In this document: positions 1 to 9,474 of the stretch, piece after piece
Layout: each line of letters opens with the position of its first letter
Position numbering within the stretch: the first letter of the stretch is position 1
Source: Rhodospirillales bacterium
Lineage (GTDB): Bacteria > Pseudomonadota > Alphaproteobacteria > Bin95
NCBI GenBank assembly: GCA_038143065.1
Contig: JAYQLI010000035.1
Span: 1,760,894-1,824,893 of the forward strand
Direction: 5' to 3'
Length of the DNA stretch: 64,000 bases
Program-made: the position numbers and the translations under genes
The notes under the pieces: generated by a model
Databases searched by the model: none
The model's input: the letters and a program-made list of their open reading frames with translations, nothing else
Told to the model about the DNA's origin: nothing

Positions 1-720
1 TGTAACAATTAGGAGGTCGTTTCCTAGAAGGAAGCCAGTGGCCGCAGCTGCCCAACCCGAATAACTGTTCAGCATTGATACGACGACGGGCATGTCCCCA
101 CCGCCAATGGCCATGACCAAATGGGCACCAATCACCAAAGCAATCAACGTCATCAGATAGAGCGTCCACGATCCGGCGCCCTGGATGTAAAGGATCATCA
201 GCACAACCGATGCAACGACCATGGATATATTCCAGGCGTGGCGCCCCGGCAGTATCAGTGCCTTGCCGTCAATTTTTCCTGAAAGTTTTCCGTAAGCAAT
301 GATTGAGCCCGTAAAGGTGATTGCACCAATGAAAACACCAAGAAAAATTTCAACTTCGTGGATGATTTGCTCGGCGTAGGAGGGAAAGTCATGCGCCGTC
401 ATATCGGAATTGAGACCAATAAGCACTGCAGCAAGACCAACGAAACTGTGCAGTGCCGCTACGAGTTCTGGCATGCCCGTCATCTCAACACGCTGAGCGA
501 CAATCACGCCTATGATAGCGCCGACGGCGACGGTCAGAACCAAGACTATGTCGATGGTGACGCCGGGTCCAAAAATAGTTGCGAAGAAGGCTACCGCCAT
601 ACCAATAATGCCAAACCAAACGGCTCTCTTCGCACTTTCTTGGTTTTTCAAGCCGCCAAGGGCAAGAATGAATAAAACAGTTGCGGCGATGTAGGCGGCA
701 GTTTGGAATTCAAAAGACAT
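1..720 (-). CDS. pntB: NAD(P) transhydrogenase subunit beta (5' part; runs off window start)
   Basis: Manual translation from ATG at 720: MSFEFQTAAYIAATVLFILALGGLKNQESAKRAVWFGIIGM...MPELVAALHSFVGLAAV...AIGGGDMPVVVSMLNSYSGWAAAA; lies directly downstream of pntA. Confidence 0.95.
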   Translation of the reverse strand, partial: MSFEFQTAAYIAATVLFILALGGLKNQESAKRAVWFGIIGMAVAFFATIFGPGVTIDIVLVLTVAVGAIIGVIVAQRVEMTGMPELVAALHSFVGLAAVLIGLNSDMTAHDFPSYAEQIIHEVEIFLGVFIGAITFTGSIIAYGKLSGKIDGKALILPGRHAWNISMVVASVVLMILYIQGAGSWTLYLMTLIALVIGAHLVMAIGGGDMPVVVSMLNSYSGWAAAATGFLLGNDLLIVT

Positions 721-735
721 TTTTGCTGCGCCCAA

Positions 736-2304
736 TTAAGATTTCTGGAACATCTGCAACATTCGTCGGGTTACCATAAAGCCCCCAACAATGTTGATCG
801 TGGCGATTAAGACCGAAATACCCGCCAGAATTGTTACAATCGAAAGATCAGCGTCCAACTGCAAAAGAGCGCCAATAATGATGATACCTGAAATTGCGTT
901 GGTAATTGCCATCAGTGGCGTGTGCAGGGAGTGCGAGACACCCCAAATAACTTGAAATCCAACAAATACAGAAAGCACAAAAACAATAAAATGCTGCATG
1001 AAGGCGGGAGGGGCAAAAAGCCCAATAATGCCCATAAGCACTGCTCCAGCGACAAGAAGCATGACCTGCTGCCTGCCCTTCTTAGCCATAGCGGTTGCCT
1101 CTGCTGCCCTCTTCTCCTCGGCCGTTTGTTCTTTTGGCTTTTCCCTTTTTACTGCCGCAATCGCTTGAACTTTTGGAGGTGGAGGCGGAAAGGTAACGGC
1201 TCCATCGAAAGTGATTGTAGCCCCTCGGATTACATCATCTTCCATGTTGTGAACAATTACGCCGTCCTTTTCAGGGGTCAGATCTGAGATCATATGACGA
1301 ACGTTGTTCGCATAGAGTGAGGACGCCTGCGATGCCATCCTACTGGGAAAGTCAGTGTAACCTATAATTGTGACACCATTCTCCGAGATGAACTTGTCAT
1401 CAGGTACAGTGAGCTCGCAATTGCCGCCGCGCTCTGCTGCAAGATCAACAACGACTGAGCCGGGTTTCATAGCCTCAACCATGTCCGTAAGCCAAAGTTT
1501 TGGCGCATCACTGCCGGGTATAAGGGCCGTCGTAATGATAATATCGACGTCTGGAGCAAGTTCCCTAAACTTGGCTAACTGTTTCTCTCGAAACTCAGGC
1601 GAAGACGGTGCCGCATAACCACCCGTCGCCGCGGAATCCTGGTTTTGTTCAAATTCGAGGAATACGAATTCTGCCCCCATAGATTCAATCTGTTCGGCCA
1701 CCTCTGGGCGAACATCAAAGGCGTAGGTGATTGCACCTAAAGACGTTGAAGTACCAATGGCGGCCAAGCCAGCTACCCCCGCCCCTATGACCAAAACTTT
1801 GGCGGGCGGCACTTTTCCTGCCGCCGTCACCTGGCCCGTGAAAAAGCGGCCAAAGTTATTTCCTGCTTCGATGACTGCCCTATAGCCAGCAATATTAGCC
1901 ATCGATGACAGTGCGTCCATTTTCTGGGCGCGACTAATGCGCGGAACCATGTCCATCGCAATAGCGGCAGCGCCCTGGGCATTGGTCAGTTCAAGTAAGT
2001 CAGCATTCTGGCCTGGATAGAAGAATGAAATTAGGGTTTTATTGCCTGAAAGAAGCTTTATCTCTGTCTCAGTTGGAGGTCTGACTTTGACTACTACCTC
2101 CGCATCATTCCAAAGTTGGCTTTCCTCTGTAACTACAGTGACGCCTGCCTCTTCATAGGCTTTGTCAGAAAAACCTGCCGCCAAACCTGCGCCAGATTGG
2201 ATGAAGCAACTGTGGCCAAGTTTCTGAAGATCCAGTGCAGAAGATGGGGTCATTGCAACCCTATTTTCTCCTGGAAACGTCTCTTTAGGAGCTCCAACCT
2301 TCAA
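736..2304 (-). CDS. pntA: NAD(P) transhydrogenase subunit alpha (fused, E. coli-type)
   Basis: RVAMTP, RISRAQKMDALSSMANIAGYRAV, GAGVAGL, and C-terminal membrane part HTPLMAITNAISG; GAGGAGG RBS before a TTG start. Confidence 0.97.
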   Translation of the reverse strand: MKVGAPKETFPGENRVAMTPSSALDLQKLGHSCFIQSGAGLAAGFSDKAYEEAGVTVVTEESQLWNDAEVVVKVRPPTETEIKLLSGNKTLISFFYPGQNADLLELTNAQGAAAIAMDMVPRISRAQKMDALSSMANIAGYRAVIEAGNNFGRFFTGQVTAAGKVPPAKVLVIGAGVAGLAAIGTSTSLGAITYAFDVRPEVAEQIESMGAEFVFLEFEQNQDSAATGGYAAPSSPEFREKQLAKFRELAPDVDIIITTALIPGSDAPKLWLTDMVEAMKPGSVVVDLAAERGGNCELTVPDDKFISENGVTIIGYTDFPSRMASQASSLYANNVRHMISDLTPEKDGVIVHNMEDDVIRGATITFDGAVTFPPPPPKVQAIAAVKREKPKEQTAEEKRAAEATAMAKKGRQQVMLLVAGAVLMGIIGLFAPPAFMQHFIVFVLSVFVGFQVIWGVSHSLHTPLMAITNAISGIIIIGALLQLDADLSIVTILAGISVLIATINIVGGFMVTRRMLQMFQKS

Positions 2305-2527
2305 ACGCCGCCCTCCTCAAAAAGCACCTCAGCCATGAAAACTGCCGAAGATACTGCCTTCTGGAAAACCCTTTTGATAATAGACTAACACCTTACTCAT
2401 TTAAATTTCTACTTCTACATTTTGTCATTTTTGAGTGTTCGTTAATAAAAATTTCAAGTGATTATGGCGACGTTTAAACTAAAAATGAGCTAGGCTTCCG
2501 TAACTATTAAAAGTTGGAGGCTATCCA

Positions 2528-3439
2528 TTGGGCACGCACGACTACTTAGACGACCCGCGAAATGCTGAAATTTTAATAGACATTAATGGCGAACATAAAC
2601 GCCGGGCAGAAGCAACTGTCTCCGTTTTCGATTCAGCATTCATGTTGGGGGATGGTGTTTGGGAAGGTATTCGCCTTCACAATGGAGGCTTAGCATTCCT
2701 CGATGCGCACCTTGATCGCCTCTGGGAAGGCGCGAAGACGCTCGATTTTGAACTTGGGCTCTCAAAACAAGAATTAGCCAAACGCATTATGGCCATTTGC
2801 GAAGCAAATGGCATGGAGACGGGGGTTCACATCCGCCTCATGGTTTCTCGCGGATTGAAGTCGACGCCTTACCAGCACCCGCGCGTTACAATTTCGGGGC
2901 CAACAATTGTAATCATTCCTGAGTGGAAGGCGGCGAAGCCTGAGACGGCGACTAAACCTTTGAACCTTCACACAGTTCATATACGCCGCGGCGCGCCTGA
3001 TGTGCAGGATCCGGCACTTAACACACACTCAAAATTGAATTGTATTTTTGCATGTATTCAGGCCGACAAGGCGGGTGCAGATGAAGCCTTAATGCTTGAC
3101 CCTCAAGGGTTCGTAGCCACGTGTAATTCAGTGCACTTCTTTATAGTCCGGAAAGGCGAAGTTTGGACGTCCTCCGGGGATTATTGTTTGGATGGAATAA
3201 CTAGAAGAAATGTAATCGATATTGCGAGAGCAAACCAAATCACAGCCCTGGAAAAAAACTTCAGCCTAACTGACGTGTATAACGCTGATGAGGCTTTCGT
3301 AACGGGCACCTTCGCTGGCGTGGCGCCCGTCGGGATCATTGATGGGCGCCAGATTGGTAATGGCAAGAGAGGTCAGATGACCGAGAGACTTCAGAAATTG
3401 TATCTAAATTTGTTAGACCAAAGCGTACTCAAGGCCTAG
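2528..3439 (+). CDS. Aminotransferase class IV (branched-chain/D-amino-acid aminotransferase family)
   Basis: GDGVWEGIR, PLP lysine region THSKLN, LDGITR, ADEAFVTGT. Confidence 0.85.
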   Translation: MGTHDYLDDPRNAEILIDINGEHKRRAEATVSVFDSAFMLGDGVWEGIRLHNGGLAFLDAHLDRLWEGAKTLDFELGLSKQELAKRIMAICEANGMETGVHIRLMVSRGLKSTPYQHPRVTISGPTIVIIPEWKAAKPETATKPLNLHTVHIRRGAPDVQDPALNTHSKLNCIFACIQADKAGADEALMLDPQGFVATCNSVHFFIVRKGEVWTSSGDYCLDGITRRNVIDIARANQITALEKNFSLTDVYNADEAFVTGTFAGVAPVGIIDGRQIGNGKRGQMTERLQKLYLNLLDQSVLKA

Positions 3440-3499
3440 CCAAGGAAGAAAACAACGCCAGCTCTTAGCTATCTAAGACACAAAATTTCTTTGCTAGAG

Positions 3500-4126
3500 C
3501 TAGAAAGAATGCCTTATTCCGATGAGCCCGCTTGTTGATCGAACCTTAAAAGTGCGAGTTCCGCCTGTAGATACGTCAAGGTCGAAGTCAGCAGTCTGAA
3601 AATACCTAGTCTCTAAGAAGACATTCGTATCTGCAGTGATTTTATAATCAACGCCAAACATGACTTGGTACGCAAAAACCTCTTCATTTGCATCCTGGTT
3701 AGGGTTTGGACCAACAAAGTGGCTCTCCACATTAGCCATCCCAAAGCCAATGCCAGCGTATGGATTTATTTTTTCACCGACGTACGTGCCTAATTTCAGA
3801 ACTGTATTCACCATCCCCGATATGACGTCGGTGTCTCCTGATCCTGGATTACCGTTTGAAATGGAATCTACAGTATTGCGACGATAACCAACCTCTCCTT
3901 CAAAACTAATGAGATCGTTGACTGCAATTCCAACTGCAATGCCGGCTGCACCGCCAAGGTCATAGTTGATCGTCGAAGTTGCTGCTGTACTAGTAGCATC
4001 TTCATCGTAGATATAATTGAGCCCGCCCCACGCAGAGACGTACAGGTCTTTCGCTGCGACTGGAGACGAACAAATGCAAACAAAACTCAAAAAGGTCGAT
4101 AAGACTAGTAGAAGGTTTTTCTTCAT
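3500..4126 (-). CDS. Small outer-membrane beta-barrel protein (opacity/OmpA-membrane-domain-like)
   Basis: Signal peptide, NPYAGIGFG and FAYQVMFGVDY strands, terminal Phe. Confidence 0.75.
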   Translation of the reverse strand: MKKNLLLVLSTFLSFVCICSSPVAAKDLYVSAWGGLNYIYDEDATSTAATSTINYDLGGAAGIAVGIAVNDLISFEGEVGYRRNTVDSISNGNPGSGDTDVISGMVNTVLKLGTYVGEKINPYAGIGFGMANVESHFVGPNPNQDANEEVFAYQVMFGVDYKITADTNVFLETRYFQTADFDLDVSTGGTRTFKVRSTSGLIGIRHSF

Positions 4127-4351
4127 GATTTGTCAGGGCCCTTTTTTTAAAAAGCCACTTATTTATTCCCATAAATATGTTTTTGGCAATTGTCTCTTGA
4201 ACGTCAACTTCAAAGCAGCGCCCTGGGACAAATAACACAAAGGCTTCATCAGCACGCCGTATGTCCGCTGGAAGAGAATGCGAGATACTAAAACTGACCA
4301 TATTTATTGGTGTTGATTATGACACCAACGAGGGGCCACTAACTTTTCTGA

Positions 4352-5438
4352 TTACCCGCGCGCTAACTCTGTCGTGATGTGTTTCACTGATGGTGTAAGA
4401 ATACCCATGAAAAGAGCCTCTCGCTGACGACGATTGCTTTCAGAGCCAATCATATAACCACTAGCCCCAGCCTGGAGTGCTCCTGACTGCGCCGCTGACA
4501 TCGCTAATTCTGCAACCTTAAGACGCGCTCGCAAGACATCCAGAAAAGCCCCTCTGCTAGTGTCGCCTGACGATCCTGCTAATTGTGCGGCAGTCGCCTC
4601 CAATTCAGAGACGCGATCAAGGATCATGTTGGACGTCAAAGGCAGCCATTGTGCATTTCTTGCGGTCGCAACCTGCTTGACCATGTTGTTGGCAACGCCC
4701 CTTGCCAACCCAAGTCCCATTCCGAATTGCAGCAGGACAAAACCCTGCCTTATCTTGGGAATGAATTCGGCGACATTTTCTGAAATAACATCGTCATTGG
4801 GTATGAATGCATCTTTAAGAAGGACCGTGTATGTGCCAGTGCCTTCAAGCGCAATAAATTCAGAACTATTTGAGAGCTTAAGCCCGCTGCATTTGCATTA
4901 ACAATCGACATAACGCGCCTGCCGTCGGACAGTTCGAAAATAGCCGCAAAAATATGGTTAGGTCCTACATTAGATACCCACGGCAACCGACCAGAAACGC
5001 GATATCCGCCAGATACTTTTTCACCTCTAAGAGCTAGCTTTTCTATGCCGGAGAAGGACTTCATGGGATTGGACAGACCTGTCCCCCAAGCTGCTCTCCT
5101 CCTGCAACTAGATCTAGGAGGCGCTTCCGCAGGCCAGTATTTTCACTAGAAGCTAAATACCAAACTAGTGCATCTTGGCACCAAGTGCAGAACCCCGTCG
5201 ACATGCAGACTTCGCTGATTGTGGCCATATCAGCTACAGCGGCCGGTAAGCCCGTAGATGGTGATTGAACTGCATGCCGACTAAAGGCACCAGCCTCCCC
5301 CAATTCCCTAAGGGCACCTTCAGGATAAAGGCCCTCACGGTCGATTTTTCGGACAATCGGGTCGATTGCATCGCTTACAATCGATCTAATTTCTTTGGGG
5401 CCATCATTAACAGGCCTAACAGCGACTGCTACTGACAT
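4352..5438 (-). CDS. Acyl-CoA dehydrogenase-family flavoprotein (three fragments joined across frameshifts at ~5075, ~4880, ~4750)
   Basis: Fragments read CMSTGFCTWCQ, GGTGLSNPMKSFSGIE, SGRLPWVSN, GMGLG, RRQREALF..TPSVKH as one continuous protein. Confidence 0.8.
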
Positions 5439-5445
5439 CTTGAGC

Positions 5446-5994
5446 CTACTTAGATGCTATTGAAATTGGAGTAGTATTTTGAAGTGTGTTCAAAACGGGA
5501 GACCATTTTCTTACGTGTTGGATCACTTCGACCACCTCTTCTTCTGTTGCTCCATCTACATCCAGCTTCACATTCATTCGGATTGATGAGAGGCCAGGAT
5601 TTTTAGGCCTTAAATCACCCGTGCCCCACACAGCAGTGATATTAATGTCGCCTTCGAGTTCGACCTCAATTCCTTTAACCGTCCATCCACGAGCAACGGC
5701 ATTCGCCTGCAAGCCAACTGATACGCACGTACCAAGCGCAGCGAGAAGAGCTTCTGGCGGATTGGGTGCAGTATCATCGCCAAGCAGACCAGGTGGTTCA
5801 TCGACAATGTGAGGAGGTAAGTCTCTCACATAATTCAGGTGGCGAAACTTTTTACCTTCAGCAACGGTTCTACACTTTGCCGTGCGGACAACTGTATTGT
5901 CCGCTTTACCTTTTTGACCAAGCGCAGCAAGTGCATCTGCGTCAATCACATCAAATTCAGCAGTCTGTATCTGCTGCGCACTGTTAGTAGTCAT
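5446..5994 (-). CDS. OsmC/Ohr-family protein (second catalytic Cys absent)
   Basis: DEPPGLLGDDTAPNPPEALLAALGTC; WSPV at the usual CPV site. Confidence 0.85.
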   Translation of the reverse strand: MTTNSAQQIQTAEFDVIDADALAALGQKGKADNTVVRTAKCRTVAEGKKFRHLNYVRDLPPHIVDEPPGLLGDDTAPNPPEALLAALGTCVSVGLQANAVARGWTVKGIEVELEGDINITAVWGTGDLRPKNPGLSSIRMNVKLDVDGATEEEVVEVIQHVRKWSPVLNTLQNTTPISIASK

Positions 5995-6023
5995 TTCAAA
6001 AACTCTCCAAGTATTATCGATTT

Positions 6024-6848
6024 TTAGGAAGCAGGAACCCAGCTCGCCCTTTTGAGCGCGCGGAGCAATACAAAGTCGAGGCCAAAACCAATCAGTCCAA
6101 TTAACAAAATCAGAGCGGCCAGAACGTCGTAGGAAAGAGTGTCTCGAGCATCATTGATGGCATACCCAAGCCCGGAGGTGACACCCAGATATTCGGCAGG
6201 AACAAGAACAATCCAGGCGACTCCAAGAGCCAACCTTATTCCTGTTAAGAGGTCTGGTATAACGGCAGGTAAAATAATCCGATGGATAATGCCAACGGGG
6301 CTACCACCATGACTTCTGCCAACGATTATCCAAGCAGGATCATCTCGTTTAACACCGGCAGCAGTCGAAAAAATGATTGGCCACACGGCGGCAGCCGCGA
6401 TGAGAAATATTATTGCCGTATCCCAGGTAGGGAATGCCAATACTGCTACTGGCATCCATGCTAGAGGCGAAATCATTCGTAAAAATTGAAATGGAACTTG
6501 CACTGATCGTTCCAAAATGGGGTACAACCCGATTGCCAAACCGATAGGCGCGCCAATCAAAAAGGCTGCAAGAAGTCCGCCCCCAACCCTCAGCAAGCTA
6601 GGCCATGCCGCCTCTAGAGCTGCCCCCGAAGATAAAAGGCTTTTTAAGGCAACAAGTGCTGCACCAGGCGCAAAGTCGGCAAACACTGAAAAGCTGGCAG
6701 AGGAAGCCATCGCCTGACATCCAATCTGCCAAACGGCAAACAAGCCAAAGAGGCCGACTAGGGGCGGCGCAAGCCGCCCAAGTGCCAGGCCTCCTGCATA
6801 AAGTGGGGCCAGAACGCCAGTGTCGGTATGTCTGACCAGCTGTTTCAC
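6024..6848 (-). CDS. ABC transporter permease (nitrate/sulfonate/taurine family)
   Basis: LRMISPLAWMP, AWIVLVPAEYLGVTSGLGY. Confidence 0.9.
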   Translation of the reverse strand: MKQLVRHTDTGVLAPLYAGGLALGRLAPPLVGLFGLFAVWQIGCQAMASSASFSVFADFAPGAALVALKSLLSSGAALEAAWPSLLRVGGGLLAAFLIGAPIGLAIGLYPILERSVQVPFQFLRMISPLAWMPVAVLAFPTWDTAIIFLIAAAAVWPIIFSTAAGVKRDDPAWIIVGRSHGGSPVGIIHRIILPAVIPDLLTGIRLALGVAWIVLVPAEYLGVTSGLGYAINDARDTLSYDVLAALILLIGLIGFGLDFVLLRALKRASWVPAS

Positions 6849-8089
6849 AGAGTTAACAATTCTTTGCGCTCGAAAGGAGCGGAAGCGTCAACGCTTGGGT
6901 CTAGTGTCCAGCTAGGGTTCTCCTGCAGGGCTTTACGCACAAAGCGGTAATCGACCAAGTCGTTGGCTACAAATTCTGGATCCAAATTGTCCAAGAATGT
7001 TGCATCGCCAGACACCAGCGTCTTTGTCATTGCACCGATGATTAATTTGGTTGCTGACGGATAGGGCCAAGGCTGAAAATCAATGCGTCCATTGCCCCAG
7101 TCTCTATGTTTAATAGCGCCCTGTTGCACGTACTGGTCGCCATAATCGGTCATAGCCTTACGAACAACTGCCGCAGGCATTGGCAGTGCACCACTGCCAT
7201 CCTTTGAGATAAGCTTCGCCACTTCAGACTTATTCTGGCTCGCGAATATCTGCGCCTTCACAATCGCATTGATAACTTTTTGGGTCCACTCAGGCCGCTC
7301 GACGGTGTCTGCTTGATGCGCAGCAACTACACAGCAAGGGTGGTTCTTCCAAATATCCCCCGTAAAGCGCAGCATGCGCGCCTTTACCTTAATCTCACCC
7401 AGTGCATTGAAGGGTTCAGCAACGATGTAACCGTCAATCTTCTTTGCGGCTAGGGCGAGCGGCATTTCAGGTGGGGGTAGGATTTGCAGGGCCACTTCAT
7501 CCTTACCAACTGGACCATTTGTGATCACAGGCTTCAGGCCAACTTCACGAAGTCCGTACTGGAGGACTATGTTGTGCATTGAATACCAGTAGGGAATGGC
7601 AATCCGCGTACCGCCTAAACCAGCCAAGTCCTTAACGCCAGTGTGTTCTCCCACAACTAAGCCAGAGCCATTGGTGTGCGCCCAGGCAAGAATTTTTACT
7701 GGAAATCTGTTGTTGTATCGCATCCAAACTGGGATGGGCTTCAACAAGTGAACAAGATTAAATTTTCTGGCGGCAAAGCCTTCAACCAGTGAAGACCAAG
7801 AGCGAATAAGTACGGGCTTTTCGGAAGCCAATCCTTCTTCTTTAAAAAATCCACCATAGTGGGCAACTAGCAAGGCAGTTGCATCCGTAATTGGAAGATA
7901 CCCAATGCGGACTACCTCATCGCGCTTATCACTTGCCCGTGCTGCTCCCGGGAACCCCATACTCATTGCTGCGGCCGCTAAACCGCCTTTAGCCAACAAA
8001 TCAAGAGTTTCTCGGCGGGTCCAATCGCTTCGAGACCACTCGTACTTCCAAAGATCTTTGATGTCTTTATCGACCATTTTTATTTCCAA
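6845..8089 (-). CDS. ABC substrate-binding protein (NrtA/CmpA/NMT1-like) with Tat signal
   Basis: TRRETL twin-arginine leader, RIGYLPITDA, AEPFNA, WKNHPCC. Confidence 0.85.
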   Translation of the reverse strand: MEIKMVDKDIKDLWKYEWSRSDWTRRETLDLLAKGGLAAAAMSMGFPGAARASDKRDEVVRIGYLPITDATALLVAHYGGFFKEEGLASEKPVLIRSWSSLVEGFAARKFNLVHLLKPIPVWMRYNNRFPVKILAWAHTNGSGLVVGEHTGVKDLAGLGGTRIAIPYWYSMHNIVLQYGLREVGLKPVITNGPVGKDEVALQILPPPEMPLALAAKKIDGYIVAEPFNALGEIKVKARMLRFTGDIWKNHPCCVVAAHQADTVERPEWTQKVINAIVKAQIFASQNKSEVAKLISKDGSGALPMPAAVVRKAMTDYGDQYVQQGAIKHRDWGNGRIDFQPWPYPSATKLIIGAMTKTLVSGDATFLDNLDPEFVANDLVDYRFVRKALQENPSWTLDPSVDASAPFERKELLTL

Positions 8090-8118
8090 TCGATTTGGCG
8101 ACGGCTTTGCGGGCCTAA

Positions 8119-8784
8119 TTAAGCTACATTTTCTAACGGGCTGAGGGATTGCACTTCAGCCACAGGTGTAAGAGCTAACTCCCGATGACAAAGGGCACTG
8201 GCATCGGATTTGTCGTGCGTTACAAGGACTACAGTGACGCCCTTCCGCTCACTTACTTGCGCTATGTCATTGCGAAGGGCGGACCGCATCGCAGGGTCGA
8301 GGGCTGAAAAGGGCTCATCAAGGAGAAGAACTTTGGGGTCGTGCGCGAGGGCTCTCGCCAAGGCCACTCTTTGTTGCTGACCGCCAGAAAGCATGTGAGG
8401 CAAAGCATCCTTACGGTCTGCAAGGCCCACCTGCGCCAACAAATCTGAGGCGCGCCCATTTCTCTGCGCCTTCGGAAAACCAGCAAACTTTAGGGCGAGG
8501 CCAACATTTTCCATAGCCGAGGCCCAAGGAAGAAGAGCGGGGCGCTGCTGCATCAGGGCTACTGATGCAGAAGGCCCCGTTACGACAGTATTTCCAACAC
8601 GTACTTCGCCTTTTGATGGCTGTATAAGTCCGGCAATTGTTAGAAGGAGGGAAGACTTCCCAACTCCTGACGGGCCTGTGATTGCTAACCGCTCTCCCCC
8701 CGGAATTCTAAAGCTGAGATCGCTAATGACAGCGCGACGGCCGCGCGACACCTCGAGGTTAGAGATTTCAATTGAGAGAGACAT
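8119..8784 (-). CDS. ABC transporter ATP-binding protein
   Basis: GPSGVGKS, LSGGQQQR, LLLDEPFSALD. Confidence 0.92.
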   Translation of the reverse strand: MSLSIEISNLEVSRGRRAVISDLSFRIPGGERLAITGPSGVGKSSLLLTIAGLIQPSKGEVRVGNTVVTGPSASVALMQQRPALLPWASAMENVGLALKFAGFPKAQRNGRASDLLAQVGLADRKDALPHMLSGGQQQRVALARALAHDPKVLLLDEPFSALDPAMRSALRNDIAQVSERKGVTVVLVTHDKSDASALCHRELALTPVAEVQSLSPLENVA

Positions 8785-8800
8785 GGAAAACACCAAACAT

Positions 8801-8885
8801 AGAACGAATATTAAAATTACCGTGTTTTAATTGAACATAATTCTATTTATTGCTATAATTTCTTTTGTTTTCTGAACAATGTTTT
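8801..8885. promoter_or_regulatory. Divergent promoter with three phased Lrp-type boxes
   Basis: AGAACGAATATTA (8801), TGAACATAATTCT (8832), TGAACAATGTTTT (8873). Confidence 0.4.
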
Positions 8886-8901
8886 GTTTTTGGATTTAAG
8901 A

Positions 8902-9399
8902 ATGGAAATAATTAAATCAGAAATTCTTGATGAAGGAATAACAATCCCTCTTGATGAAGCAGATTTTGCTCTTCTTCGCATTCTTCAGAAGGATGCCACA
9001 CTTCCACTAGGGCGACTTGCCGATAAAGTTGGCTTATCAAAGACAGCCGTGTGGAACCGCATTCAGCGCTATCACGCCACCGGCGTGATTGATCGCCAAG
9101 TAGTGGTAGTTGATCCTAAGAAAGTAGGTATTTCGGAGACTTTCTTTGTCGCCGTTCGCACGAATAATCACAACGCCAAATGGTTCGCAGAGTTTATAAA
9201 GATAATTTCAAAATTCCCCGAAATCACCGAAGCACACAGGATGGCGGGGCATATTGATTATTTTTTAAAAGTTCAGGTGAAATCCACTAGGGAATTCGAC
9301 TTGTTCTACAAAAGACTAGTGAAGGAAATCGACCTATTTGACGTGAATTCCAGCCTATCAATGGAAGTATTGAAAAATGAGACGGCACTGCCGTTGTAG
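8902..9399 (+). CDS. Lrp/AsnC regulator, DecR/YbaO-like
   Basis: N-terminal HTH; H..W, RMAG..DY, FYKRL and ETALPL tail resemble E. coli DecR. Confidence 0.85.
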   Translation: MEIIKSEILDEGITIPLDEADFALLRILQKDATLPLGRLADKVGLSKTAVWNRIQRYHATGVIDRQVVVVDPKKVGISETFFVAVRTNNHNAKWFAEFIKIISKFPEITEAHRMAGHIDYFLKVQVKSTREFDLFYKRLVKEIDLFDVNSSLSMEVLKNETALPL

Positions 9400-9474
9400 C
9401 CTAAATATATAATGCGGCAAAAAACCCTGCAGCCACACCCCATTATCAACTCTCAACTCAAAGTCGGTTAATAA

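Noticed and set aside
358-694. Plus-strand ORFs 358-675 and 512-694, and the many other short ORFs overlapping annotated genes
   Set aside because: They are antisense shadows of pntB and other well-supported genes, with no recognisable motifs.
4307-4328. TTGGTGT-N8-ACACCAA inverted repeat
   Set aside because: Most simply a terminator hairpin after the ACAD operon; there is no further support for a regulatory role.
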